Assembly (NCBI GenBank): GCA_004556655.1
Contig: SFGF01000029.1
Location: forward strand, 5,971 to 69,970
Length of the DNA: 64,000 bases
Source: Lachnospiraceae bacterium
GTDB lineage: Bacteria > Bacillota > Clostridia > Lachnospirales > Lachnospiraceae
Direction: 5' to 3'
The notes beneath the pieces were generated by a model. That model did not search any database. It saw only the letters and a program-made list of their open reading frames with translations, and was not told the DNA's origin. A program made the translations under genes and the position numbers. Positions 27,840-37,286 of this stretch are shown here, in pieces (the stretch's first letter is position 1; each line of letters starts with the position of its first letter).

Positions 27840-29243
27840 ATGAAGAAATATTATCTGGCTGTGGATATCGGTGCTTCCAGTGGACGACATATCCTGGGAT
27901 GGATGGAAGATGGTAAGATGCGTTTGGAAGAGATTTATCGTTTTTCCAATGGAATGGTAAAAAAAGACGGTGAACTTTGCTGGGAATTCGACAGACTTTA
28001 TCAGGAAATCATCAATGGTATGAAAAAATGTAAAGAACTTGGAAAAATCCCGGTGAGTATGGGAATTGATACCTGGGGTGTGGATTTTGTCATGCTGGAT
28101 GAACATGATCAGATACTTGGAAATACAGTAGGATATCGTGACAAGAGAACCACAGGGATGGATGAGAAAGTATATGAGACGATTTCTCTGGAAGATCTTT
28201 ATGCACGAACTGGAATCCAGAAAGCAATATTCAATACTATTTATCAGCTGATGGCTGTTAAGGTGCAGCATCCTGAGCATATGGAAGCAGCAAAGACATT
28301 ATTGTTTGTACCGGATTATTTCCATTATCTGCTGACAGGTCAGAAAGTGAACGAATACACCGAGGCAACAACCGGACAGTTGGTGAGTCCGGTGACAAAG
28401 GACTGGGATTACGAGTTGATGGACATGCTTGGATATAACAAAGAAATGTTCTGTAAACTGGTAATGCCGGGAACTAATCTCGGAGGATTGACTGAAGAAG
28501 TTCAAAAAGAGGTAGGATTCAATCTGGATGTTGTGGTTCCGGCTACTCATGATACAGGATCAGCAGTTCTGGCGGTACCTGCAAATGATGATGATTTTAT
28601 CTATATCAGTTCCGGTACCTGGTCTCTGATGGGCCTGGAGAGAAAAGAGGCAGATTGTTCAAGAAGAAGCTGTGAACTGAATCTTACCAATGAGGGAGGA
28701 TATGATTATCGCTTCCGTTATCTGAAAAATATCATGGGACTCTGGATGATTCAATCGGTGCGTCATGAATTTAATGATGCTTATGGATTTGGGGGAATTT
28801 GTGCGATGGCAGCAGAGGTAAAAGATTTTCCTTCCCGTGTGGATGCTAATGATGAGAGATTTCTTGCACCGGAAAATATGACGGAAGAAGTAAAGGCAGC
28901 CTGCCGTGAAAGCGGTCAGCCTGTTCCGGAGACTCTAGGAGAAATCGCAACCGTAATTTACACCAGTCTTGCAGAATGTTATGCAAAGACGGCAAAAGAA
29001 CTGGAAGAAATGGCAGGCCGCACCTTCTCCAGAATACATATAGTGGGCGGCGGAGCCAATGCGGAATATCTGAATGAACTGACCGCTCAGGCGACAAAGA
29101 AAGAAATTCATGCAGGTCCTACAGAGGCCACAGCGATTGGAAATCTGACAGCCCAGATGCTGAAAGCAGGAGAATTTTCAAAGGTAGAAGAGGCACGTGA
29201 TGTGATTCATGAGTCTTTTGATATAAAAGTATATCAGGCATAA
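27840..29243 (+). CDS. rhaB: L-rhamnulokinase (paralog 2)
   Basis: LAVDIGASSGR, GIDTWGVDF, THDTGSAV and YLKNIMGLW. Lies between rhaD and rhaA. Confidence 0.92.
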   Translation: MKKYYLAVDIGASSGRHILGWMEDGKMRLEEIYRFSNGMVKKDGELCWEFDRLYQEIINGMKKCKELGKIPVSMGIDTWGVDFVMLDEHDQILGNTVGYRDKRTTGMDEKVYETISLEDLYARTGIQKAIFNTIYQLMAVKVQHPEHMEAAKTLLFVPDYFHYLLTGQKVNEYTEATTGQLVSPVTKDWDYELMDMLGYNKEMFCKLVMPGTNLGGLTEEVQKEVGFNLDVVVPATHDTGSAVLAVPANDDDFIYISSGTWSLMGLERKEADCSRRSCELNLTNEGGYDYRFRYLKNIMGLWMIQSVRHEFNDAYGFGGICAMAAEVKDFPSRVDANDERFLAPENMTEEVKAACRESGQPVPETLGEIATVIYTSLAECYAKTAKELEEMAGRTFSRIHIVGGGANAEYLNELTAQATKKEIHAGPTEATAIGNLTAQMLKAGEFSKVEEARDVIHESFDIKVYQA

Positions 29244-29272
29244 AATGATGTGTAAAAGGAAAGGAGATAATC

Positions 29273-30526
29273 ATGACAAACAAAGAAAGATATGAAGCTG
29301 CGAAAGAGATGTATGCAGAAATCGGGGTGGATACCGACCAGGCCCTGGAAGTTCTGAAAAAAATTCCGGTATCCATGCACTGCTGGCAGGGTGATGATGT
29401 GGTTGGTTTTGACCAGGATGGTCCGCTGACCGGAGGAATCCAGACCACAGGAAATTACCCGGGAAAGGCCCGCACTCCGGAAGAATTGATGGCTGATATT
29501 GATGAAGTGTTGAAACTGGTTCCGGGAACCAAGAAAATCAATGTTCATGCATGCTATGCCATTTTTGGTGACGGAGAACGTGCAGACCGTGATGCTCTGG
29601 AACCGAAACATTTTGCAAAATGGGTGGAATTTGCAAAAGAAAGAGGAATGGGACTGGATTTTAATCCTACATTCTTCTCTCATCCGAAGGCAAGTGAGTA
29701 CACACTGACCAGTCCTGATGAAGAAATCCGTCAGTTTTGGATTCGCCATGGGCAGGCATGTGTCAGAATATCTGAGTATTTCGCAGAGGAGACGGGAATT
29801 CCCTGCGTAATGAATGTATGGATTCCAGATGGATTTAAAGATATTCCTGCAGACAGACTGGGACCGAGAATGCGTTACAAAGACTCTTTGGATCAGATTC
29901 TCAGCATTGATTATGATAGATCAAAAGTATATGTATGTGTGGAGTCCAAAGTATTCGGTATCGGTCTGGAGGCTTATACAGCAGGTTCTGCAGAATTTGC
30001 TCAGAATTATGTGGCAAAGACACCGGGAACCATTCCGCTTATGGATAACGGACATTATCATCCGACAGAGATGGTTTCAGATAAGATTTCTTCCATGCTT
30101 CTGTTCAATGATAAGGTTGCGCTTCATGTGACAAGACCGATGCGCTGGGACAGCGATCATGTAGTCCTTTTGGATGACGAGACAAAAGAAATTGCAAAAG
30201 AAATTGTAAGAAATGATGCAATTGACAGAGTTTTCATTGCTCTGGACTATTTTGACGCCAGCATTAATCGTATTTCTGCCTGGACTGTGGGTATGAGAAA
30301 TATGCAAAAAGCTCTTTTGTGTGCACTTCTTTCTCCAAATAAGAAATTGAAAGAACTGCAGGATCAGGGAAGATTTACAGAACTGATGATGCTTCAGGAA
30401 GAACTCAAAACCTATCCGATGGGAGCTGTATGGGACTACTATTGTGAACAGGAAAACGTACCGGTTAGAGAAAACTGGTATAAAGAAGTACAGAGATACG
30501 AAGAAGAAGTATTGAGCAGTAGATAA
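29273..30526 (+). CDS. rhaA: L-rhamnose isomerase
   Basis: SMHCWQGDDV, TGNYPGKAR, DFNPTFFSH, ESKVFGIG, GHYHPTE, RWDSDHV and LDYFDASINR. Confidence 0.96.
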   Translation: MTNKERYEAAKEMYAEIGVDTDQALEVLKKIPVSMHCWQGDDVVGFDQDGPLTGGIQTTGNYPGKARTPEELMADIDEVLKLVPGTKKINVHACYAIFGDGERADRDALEPKHFAKWVEFAKERGMGLDFNPTFFSHPKASEYTLTSPDEEIRQFWIRHGQACVRISEYFAEETGIPCVMNVWIPDGFKDIPADRLGPRMRYKDSLDQILSIDYDRSKVYVCVESKVFGIGLEAYTAGSAEFAQNYVAKTPGTIPLMDNGHYHPTEMVSDKISSMLLFNDKVALHVTRPMRWDSDHVVLLDDETKEIAKEIVRNDAIDRVFIALDYFDASINRISAWTVGMRNMQKALLCALLSPNKKLKELQDQGRFTELMMLQEELKTYPMGAVWDYYCEQENVPVRENWYKEVQRYEEEVLSSR

Positions 30527-30557
30527 GGATTATTTTTTATGAAGTGACCAAGTAATA

Positions 30558-30619
30558 AATGGAGCCTCCTGTTTTCAAAGTATTGGGAACGACCTGCTTT
30601 GGAAACAGGAGGCTCCATT
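30558..30619. terminator. Long (25 bp stem) hairpin after rhaA
   Basis: AATGGAGCCTCCTGTTTTCAAAGTA / TGCTTTGGAAACAGGAGGCTCCATT with a 12 nt loop and a weak U tail. Confidence 0.6.
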
Positions 30620-30675
30620 AATTGCGTAAGTCTTCGTAAAAATAAAATGTTCACATTTTTTTAAGATTTAGAATA

Positions 30676-30704
30676 TTGTACCTTCATCAGGGAACCGTTA
30701 TAAT
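30676..30704 (+). promoter_or_regulatory. SigA promoter upstream of citrate synthase
   Basis: TTGTAC, 17 bp spacer, TATAAT. Confidence 0.6.
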
Positions 30705-30852
30705 AGTAATAGTTTCTGACTGAAAATGGAATTCTGTAACATGGTTTCGAAGTAAAACTTGAAGAGTGTATATGCAATTAAAAAAATTGCATCATGGTCG
30801 AAAAACAAAAGTTTTTAGCGGTTTTGGCAAGAAAAGATTAGGAGGACAAAAT

Positions 30853-32214
30853 ATGGCAGGTTTTAAGATGAAGGTAACACCGGAGATGGAAGCATTGACA
30901 AATGTTTGCGTTTCTAACAGTAAGATGGATGTTTCTCTTTACGGAAAGTATGATGTCAAGCGTGGGCTGCGTGATATTAACGGTAAAGGTGTTTTGGCAG
31001 GATTAACGCAAATTTCCGCTATTCATTCTACTGAGATCGTTGACGGCAAAAGCGTACCATGTGAAGGAAGACTGTATTATCGGGGATATGATATTCATGA
31101 TCTGACGCAGGGTTTTTTGCGTGAGAGAAGGTATGGTTTTGAAGAAGTTGCGTATTTGCTTTTGTTTGGTGTACTTCCTTCTGTGGAAGAACTGGATGGG
31201 TTCAAAAAGATTCTGGCAGATCAGAGAGCATTGCCGAGGAACTTCGTTCGTGATGTTGTCATGAAAGCACCCAGTAAAGATATGATGAACACACTTTCCA
31301 GGAGTGTACTTACTCTGTATGCGTACGATTCCAATGCCGATGATACGTCGCTGCCAAATGTACTGCGGCAGTGTCTGAATCTGATCAGTGTATTCCCTAT
31401 GTTGTCTGTATATGGATATCATGCGTATAATCATTATATTAAAGGAAAAAGTTTATATATTCATAATCCGGATCCGACTCTGTCTGTGGCGGAAAATATT
31501 CTCCGTATGCTGAGACCGGATAAAAAGTATACTCACCTGGAAGCTACCATTCTGGATCTGGCGTTGGTTCTTCATATGGAGCACGGCGGTGGTAACAACT
31601 CTACATTTACGACTCATGTGGTTACTTCATCAGGAACGGATACGTATTCGGCGGTAGCGGCAGCACTTGGATCTCTGAAAGGACCGAAACACGGCGGTGC
31701 AAACATCAAAGTCGTTAAAATGTTTAACGATATGAGAAAAGAAGTAAAAGACTGGACAGATGAAGAAGAAGTCGGCAATTATCTGAGAAGACTTCTCCAC
31801 AAAGAAGCATTTGACAAGAAAGGTCTGATCTATGGAATGGGTCATGCAGTGTATTCTATTTCTGATCCCCGTGCTGAAATCTTCAAAAAATTTGTAGAAC
31901 AGTTAGCTCATGAAAAAGGAAGAGATAAGGATTTTGCACTTTACAGCATGGTGGAGCGGCTTGCACCGAAGATTATAGGTGAAGAGCGTCATATTTATAA
32001 AGGGGTAAGTGCCAATGTGGACTTCTACAGCGGATTTGTTTACAGTATGTTGGATCTGCCGACCGAATTATTTACACCGATGTTTGCAATAGCACGTATT
32101 GTGGGATGGAGTGCACATAGAATGGAAGAGTTGATCAACATGGATAAGATAATTCGTCCGGCTTATATGAATGTCAAAGAAGTGGAACATTATATTGATC
32201 TTGATAACAGATAG
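30853..32214 (+). CDS. gltA: Citrate (Si)-synthase / methylcitrate synthase family
   Basis: LYYRGY, HMEHGGGNNSTF, GPKHGGAN, YGMGHAVY..DPRA, NVDFYSG and ARIVGWSAH. Confidence 0.93.
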   Translation: MAGFKMKVTPEMEALTNVCVSNSKMDVSLYGKYDVKRGLRDINGKGVLAGLTQISAIHSTEIVDGKSVPCEGRLYYRGYDIHDLTQGFLRERRYGFEEVAYLLLFGVLPSVEELDGFKKILADQRALPRNFVRDVVMKAPSKDMMNTLSRSVLTLYAYDSNADDTSLPNVLRQCLNLISVFPMLSVYGYHAYNHYIKGKSLYIHNPDPTLSVAENILRMLRPDKKYTHLEATILDLALVLHMEHGGGNNSTFTTHVVTSSGTDTYSAVAAALGSLKGPKHGGANIKVVKMFNDMRKEVKDWTDEEEVGNYLRRLLHKEAFDKKGLIYGMGHAVYSISDPRAEIFKKFVEQLAHEKGRDKDFALYSMVERLAPKIIGEERHIYKGVSANVDFYSGFVYSMLDLPTELFTPMFAIARIVGWSAHRMEELINMDKIIRPAYMNVKEVEHYIDLDNR

Positions 32215-32228
32215 GGGAGATGAGGATA

Positions 32229-33083
32229 ATGAAACAAGCAGGTCTGGTTTTGGAAGGAGGAGCTAACCGGGGAATCTTTACGGCAGGCGTTCTTGATTAT
32301 CTGATGGAACAGGATTATTATATTCCGTATGTGGTGGGGACTTCTGCCGGAGCATGTAATGCTACCGGTTATGTAGCAAAACAACCAGGTAGGATGAAAA
32401 AGTGCACGATCATCACAGAAAAAGAGAACAGATACGTAAGCTTAAAGAATACAGTAAGAACTCGTACGCTGCTGGATATGGATATGCTGTTTCAAGCATA
32501 TCCGGAGAGAATTTTCCCATTTGATTATGATACATTTTTTCAATCAGATATGCAGTGTGAGATGGTTGTGACCAACTGCATTACAGGAAATGCGCAGTAT
32601 CTTACAGAACATTCCAATAGAAAGAGGATGATGGATATCTGCCGGGCTTCCAGCAGCATGCCGATTGTGACCAATATGGTGATGGTAGATGGAATCCCAT
32701 ATCTTGATGGAGGAATTGCGGATTCTGTACCGATTATTCATTCTCTAAAAACCGGACATAGCAGAAATGTGATTATCCTTACCCGTAACAAAGGATACAG
32801 AAAAAAAGAAGGTGGCAAATCAGATAAACTATATGCCGCCATGTATGGAAAAACATATCCAAATCTGGTAAAATCATTAAAGAACCGCGCAAAAGTTTAT
32901 AACAGAACCATGGATTGTATCGATAAATGGGAAAAAGAAGGTAAAGTTTTTGTGATACGGCCTGAAATGACACCTGTTGCAAGACTGGAACGGGATAAGG
33001 GACGGCTGGAAGCGTTTTACCGTCATGGATATGATCTGATGGCAGAAGAATTTGAGCGGATGAAATGGTTCTTGACCAGATAG
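32229..33083 (+). CDS. Patatin-family phospholipase/esterase
   Basis: LVLEGGANRG, GTSAG nucleophile elbow and YLDGG. Start may be 32220. Confidence 0.9.
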   Translation: MKQAGLVLEGGANRGIFTAGVLDYLMEQDYYIPYVVGTSAGACNATGYVAKQPGRMKKCTIITEKENRYVSLKNTVRTRTLLDMDMLFQAYPERIFPFDYDTFFQSDMQCEMVVTNCITGNAQYLTEHSNRKRMMDICRASSSMPIVTNMVMVDGIPYLDGGIADSVPIIHSLKTGHSRNVIILTRNKGYRKKEGGKSDKLYAAMYGKTYPNLVKSLKNRAKVYNRTMDCIDKWEKEGKVFVIRPEMTPVARLERDKGRLEAFYRHGYDLMAEEFERMKWFLTR

Positions 33084-33100
33084 AGGGAGGAAAACAAAAG

Positions 33101-33613
33101 ATGCTTTTTGAGACATTTTATCCGGACTGCTGGATGGATTCCACGTATGAGATTGATTTCGACAAGCTGTATCAGGAAGGATACAGAGGATTGATTTTTG
33201 ATATCGACAACACCCTGGTACCTCATGGAGCGCCGGCGGATGATCGGGCCAAGGCACTATTTGCGCATCTGAAAGAACTGGGATTTCAGTGCTGTCTGCT
33301 TTCTAATAATCAGATCGAACGGGTGACCATGTTCAACAAGGATGTGCAGGTGTATTATATAGAGGATGCACATAAACCTTCCAGAAAAAATTATATGAAG
33401 GCGATGGAGCTGATGCATACAAAATTGAAAAATACAATTTTCATCGGAGATCAGCTGTTTACAGATGTATATGGAGCAAAAAGATGCGGGATGCGGAATA
33501 TTTTGGTAAAGCCGATTCATCCAAAAGAGGAGATCCAGATTGTGTTTAAGCGATATCTGGAGAAAATTGTTCTGTATTTTTACCAGAAAAACATGAAATC
33601 CGGGAGGATTTGA
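33101..33613 (+). CDS. yqeG: YqeG-family HAD IIIA phosphatase
   Basis: FDIDNTL, LLSNN, AHKP and IGDQLFTDV. Confidence 0.9.
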   Translation: MLFETFYPDCWMDSTYEIDFDKLYQEGYRGLIFDIDNTLVPHGAPADDRAKALFAHLKELGFQCCLLSNNQIERVTMFNKDVQVYYIEDAHKPSRKNYMKAMELMHTKLKNTIFIGDQLFTDVYGAKRCGMRNILVKPIHPKEEIQIVFKRYLEKIVLYFYQKNMKSGRI

Positions 33614-33622
33614 AAAAATTAG

Positions 33623-33651
33623 TTGAAAAATCTCTTTGGGTATTATAGAAT
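33623..33651 (+). promoter_or_regulatory. SigA promoter of efp
   Basis: TTGAAA, 17 bp spacer, TAGAAT. Confidence 0.6.
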
Positions 33652-33684
33652 ATAGAATAGCCAGAATTAAGGAGGAATATTAAT

Positions 33685-34242
33685 ATGATTTCAGCAGGAG
33701 ATTTCAGAAATGGTGTTACATTAGAGATCGACGGCAACGTTGTTCAGATTCTCGAATTTCAGCATGTAAAACCTGGAAAGGGTGCAGCTTTTGTTAGAAC
33801 CAAATTAAAAAATGTTATCAATGGCGGTGTGGTTGAAAAAACTTTCAGACCGACTGAAAAATTCCCTCAGGCACGTATCGACAGAGTTGATATGCAGTAT
33901 CTGTATTCTGATGGTGAATTGTTTAACTTTATGAACATGGAAACTTATGATCAGATTGCAGTAGATAAAAATACAGTTGGAGATTCCTTGAAATTTGTGA
34001 AAGAGAATGAAACTGTAAAAATCTGTTCTTACAACGGAAGCGTATTCGCTATTGAACCGCCTCTGTTTGTTGAACTGGAGATTACAGATACAGAACCTGG
34101 ATTTAAAGGCGATACAGCACAGGGTGCTACAAAGCCTGCGATTGTTGAGACAGGTGCTCAGGTAAGCGTTCCTCTGTTCGTTAACCAGGGAGATAAAATT
34201 AAGATTGACACCAGAACAGGTGAATATCTGTCACGTGTATGA
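33685..34242 (+). CDS. efp: Translation elongation factor P
   Basis: [12 protein letters not shown] (PGKG loop), [11 protein letters not shown] and IDTRTGEY. Confidence 0.97.
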   Translation: MISAGDFRNGVTLEIDGNVVQILEFQHVKPGKGAAFVRTKLKNVINGGVVEKTFRPTEKFPQARIDRVDMQYLYSDGELFNFMNMETYDQIAVDKNTVGDSLKFVKENETVKICSYNGSVFAIEPPLFVELEITDTEPGFKGDTAQGATKPAIVETGAQVSVPLFVNQGDKIKIDTRTGEYLSRV

Positions 34243-34272
34243 GTGATTCAGTAAAATCAGAAATCATGATGC

Positions 34273-34310
34273 AAAACACCCCGGAAATTCATATTTTCGG
34301 GGTGTTTTTA
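34273..34310 (+). terminator. Intrinsic terminator after efp
   Basis: AAAACACCCCGGAAA / TTTTCGGGGTGTTTTT. Confidence 0.8.
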
Positions 34311-34496
34311 ATAATTACCTTTTTATTTCGTATCGCTGTAAAAAAGTCCAAATAATTCTTGCGTATTATCCGGAAATATTATAAAATAAAAAAGCAGTCA
34401 AGGACTGCCGTTCGAATATTATTTCTATTTTTCTATTGCACAGTCGTGCGTTTTCCCCACAGAGTATCCGAATTTCATATAAAGGAGAACAGAAAT

Positions 34497-35334
34497 TTGG
34501 ATTATCAGAGTTTTAAAATGAAATTAGTAGAAATGGTACAAAAGGAAATCAGTGAAAGTGTGGAAATCTCTCTGGAACGTATTCCAAAGAATAACGGAAT
34601 TTATATGGAAGGAATCGTATTCAGCAGACGAGGAGAGAACACATCGCCGGTGATTTATGTGGAAGAATACTATCAGTACTGGAAAAAAGGTGTTTCCATG
34701 GAGAAGCTGGTAGAAAAAAGATGATTTTTTTAAAGATTACGATAAGCTAAAGTCCCGTATTTTTTATAAAATTATCAATTATGAAAAAAACAGGGAGATG
34801 CTTAAAAAGATACCGCATCGAAGAATTCTGGATTTGGCTATGGTGTTCTATTATCAGATCGATGAGGTCGAGCCGCCCGCTACTATTCTGATACAGAACA
34901 GTCACCTTGCCATGTGGGATATCACAGAGGAAGAACTGGAAGAAAATGCTGTAAAATATACGTGTCTGTGCCTGCCGGCGGAATTTTTGACTATGGATCA
35001 GCTTGCAGGAATAGAAGAAGAGGATATGGATGAGATGCTGAGTGAGGAAAGATGTCCGATGTATATTTTGACAAATAAAGAACGAAGATTTGGAGCCGGC
35101 ACTGTTTTTTATCCGGGAATTCTTAAGCAGGCACAGAAATTATTGGGAGATAATTTTTACATTCTTCCCAGCAGTGTCCATGAATGCATTTTGATACCGG
35201 AAGATGGAAATTATGACCAGGAAAGTCTGGCAGAGATGGTAACAGAAATCAATGTTCATCACGTGGATGCACGGGAAGTACTTTCTGATCAGGCTTATTA
35301 TTATCTGAAAAAAGATGGAAGAATCCATATTTAA
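34497..35334 (+). pseudogene. Frameshifted DUF5688-like gene
   Basis: TTG start after AAGGAG gives LDYQSFK..KNNG..SPVIY..VEKR* (stop 34724). The +1 frame continues DDFFKDY..KIINYEKN..DLAMVFY..MYILTN..ILPSSVHE..LSDQAYYY to 35334. Confidence 0.75.
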
Positions 35335-35342
35335 ACTTACAC

Positions 35343-35371
35343 TTTACAAATCTCCCCAAATATGCTATAGT
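35343..35371 (+). promoter_or_regulatory. SigA promoter of tRNA-Arg
   Basis: TTTACA, 17 bp spacer, extended -10 TGcTATAGT. Confidence 0.65.
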
Positions 35372-35402
35372 TTATTAGTGTGAGCGATAAGCTCATAGAT
35401 AC

Positions 35403-35475
35403 GCATCTGTAGCTCAGGGGATAGAGCAATGGTTTCCGGTACCATGTGTCGGGGGTTCGAATCCCTCCAGATGCG
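35403..35475 (+). tRNA. tRNA-Arg(CCG)
   Basis: Acceptor stem GCATCTG/CAGATGC, D arm GCTC/GAGC, anticodon stem ATGGT/ACCAT with loop TTCCGGT, and T loop GTTCGAATC. CCA is not encoded. Confidence 0.96.
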
Positions 35476-35537
35476 TTTTCTGCTATATAGGCATAAGAGG
35501 AACCATTGATCGTGCCCATTTGAAGGAGGTTAACGAT

Positions 35538-36467
35538 ATGGATGATTTTAGAGAATGGTTATCAGATAATCTGAGATATTTTATGCTGGGATTCGGCATC
35601 ATTATCGTGCTGGTGATTTTATTTTTTGGAATCCGTTTCCTGTCTTCTGTTTTTGGAGATACCAGGAAGGATGACAATGAGGTGACACAGCAGCAGGAAG
35701 ATCTGATAGAGGAACAGGAAGATAATCAGGCGGATGAGACGGAGAATAATGAACAGATTCCGGAACCAACGCAGGAAGCAGCAGTAGAAAACAGTCTTGA
35801 GAAGAATGCATATCCCACTGTCAATGCACTGATGCAAAAGTATTATACGGCATTAGGCAACAGGGATATCCAGGGATTGAAAGAACTGGTTGACCAGTTG
35901 GATCCTTCGGATGAAAGTGCAATTTCAAATTCCAAATATATTGAGGGATACAGCAGTATTGAGACTTATACAAAACAGGGACTGACAGATGACAGCTATG
36001 TGGTATTTGCAAGCTATGGTCATAAGTATGTTGGGTATGATACGGTTTTGCCGGGAGTGAGTTGCCTGTATGTGGATACGAAAGAAGATGGAAGTCTTTA
36101 TATTGTTGCTGAACCGACACAGGAACAGCAGGATTATATCACAGAAGTGATGAACGATCAGGATTGTCAGGAGCTTTTGGAAGCTAAGCAGAAAGAGTAT
36201 GATGATACACTTGCCGGGGATACGGAACTTGCATCCTATTTATCAGAACTGGGAGTAGAAGGCTCTGCCGCTATGGAGGCAGAGGTGGGTTCTATGATCA
36301 CAGTCAAGTCAAACTGCAATGTACGTAAAGAGGCGTCAACGGATTCCGATAAGCTTGGTGAGCTGGTTGGAGGACAGGAAGTAAAAAAGACAGGTCAGGA
36401 AGGCGACTGGATTCAGATTGAGTTCAATGGCCAGACTGGTTATGTGCGTGGAGATTTGTTTTTGTAA
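35538..36467 (+). CDS. Membrane-anchored protein with C-terminal bacterial SH3 domain
   Basis: N-terminal TM, acidic linker and C-terminal NVRKEASTDS..LG..GDWIQIEFNGQTGYV. Confidence 0.85.
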   Translation: MDDFREWLSDNLRYFMLGFGIIIVLVILFFGIRFLSSVFGDTRKDDNEVTQQQEDLIEEQEDNQADETENNEQIPEPTQEAAVENSLEKNAYPTVNALMQKYYTALGNRDIQGLKELVDQLDPSDESAISNSKYIEGYSSIETYTKQGLTDDSYVVFASYGHKYVGYDTVLPGVSCLYVDTKEDGSLYIVAEPTQEQQDYITEVMNDQDCQELLEAKQKEYDDTLAGDTELASYLSELGVEGSAAMEAEVGSMITVKSNCNVRKEASTDSDKLGELVGGQEVKKTGQEGDWIQIEFNGQTGYVRGDLFL

Positions 36468-36482
36468 GCGCAAAGTATGAAT

Positions 36483-36517
36483 CAGGGAGTGCTGTGGTTT
36501 TGCAGCACTCCTGTTTT
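36483..36517 (+). terminator. Intrinsic terminator
   Basis: GGAGTGCTG / CAGCACTCC stem followed by TGTTTT. Confidence 0.7.
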
Positions 36518-36545
36518 ACTCTGTAAAACCAGGAAGGAGAAAAAA

Positions 36546-37283
36546 TTGGAACAGATTCGACTGAACAAATATCTGAGTGAGGCGGGTGTGTGTTCACGGA
36601 GAGAAGCAGACCGGCTGACAGAGGCCGGACAGATTACGGTGGATGGAAAACCAGCGGTTACAGGTATGAAAATATCACCTGAGTCTGTGGTGAAAGTCCG
36701 GGGAAAAGCAATTAAAAAAGAAGAGGAAAAGATTCTTCTGGCGTTTCATAAACCGGCCGGGATCGTATGTACCGCAGAGAAGAGGGAAAAGAATAATGTG
36801 GTGGATTATCTGAATTATCCCAAACGGATTTTTCCGGTAGGGCGTTTGGATAAAGATTCTACAGGGCTGCTTTTGATGACAAATGACGGCGATTTGGTGA
36901 ATAAAATCATGCGTGCGGGCAATTATCATGAAAAAGAGTATCTTGTCTCTGTCAATAAACCGATTACGGAGAAATTTTGCAGGGAGATGGCATCCGGTGT
37001 TCCTATATTGGATACCGTGACAAGAAGATGCAGCGTGGAACAGATTGGAGAAAAAGAATTTCGAATTATTTTGACCCAGGGTCTGAACCGGCAGATTCGG
37101 AGAATGTGCGAAGCATTGGGGTATCGTGTGGTCACTTTGAAAAGAATCAGAATTATGAATATTCAATTGGGTAAATTGAAAGAAGGTACCTGGCGGAAAG
37201 TAGAAGGAAAAGAAAGAAGGGAACTGGAGCGGCTTTTGACATCATCTTCGTCTTTGTCAGTAAAAGAAAGAATAAAGAGGTAA
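36546..37283 (+). CDS. RsuA/RluF-family rRNA pseudouridine synthase
   Basis: S4 domain RLNKYLSEAGVCSRREAD, catalytic GRLDKDSTGLL and QGLNRQIRRM. TTG start after AAGGAG. Confidence 0.92.
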   Translation: MEQIRLNKYLSEAGVCSRREADRLTEAGQITVDGKPAVTGMKISPESVVKVRGKAIKKEEEKILLAFHKPAGIVCTAEKREKNNVVDYLNYPKRIFPVGRLDKDSTGLLLMTNDGDLVNKIMRAGNYHEKEYLVSVNKPITEKFCREMASGVPILDTVTRRCSVEQIGEKEFRIILTQGLNRQIRRMCEALGYRVVTLKRIRIMNIQLGKLKEGTWRKVEGKERRELERLLTSSSSLSVKERIKR

Positions 37284-37286
37284 TCT

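Noticed and set aside
34714..34720. AAAAAAG as a programmed -1 frameshift site
   Set aside because: The heptamer is out of phase for A_AAA_AAG, and the downstream ORF is in the +1 frame.
35403..35520. Integrative element at tRNA-Arg
   Set aside because: No integrase and no duplicated tRNA 3' end were noticed, and the flanking genes look chromosomal.
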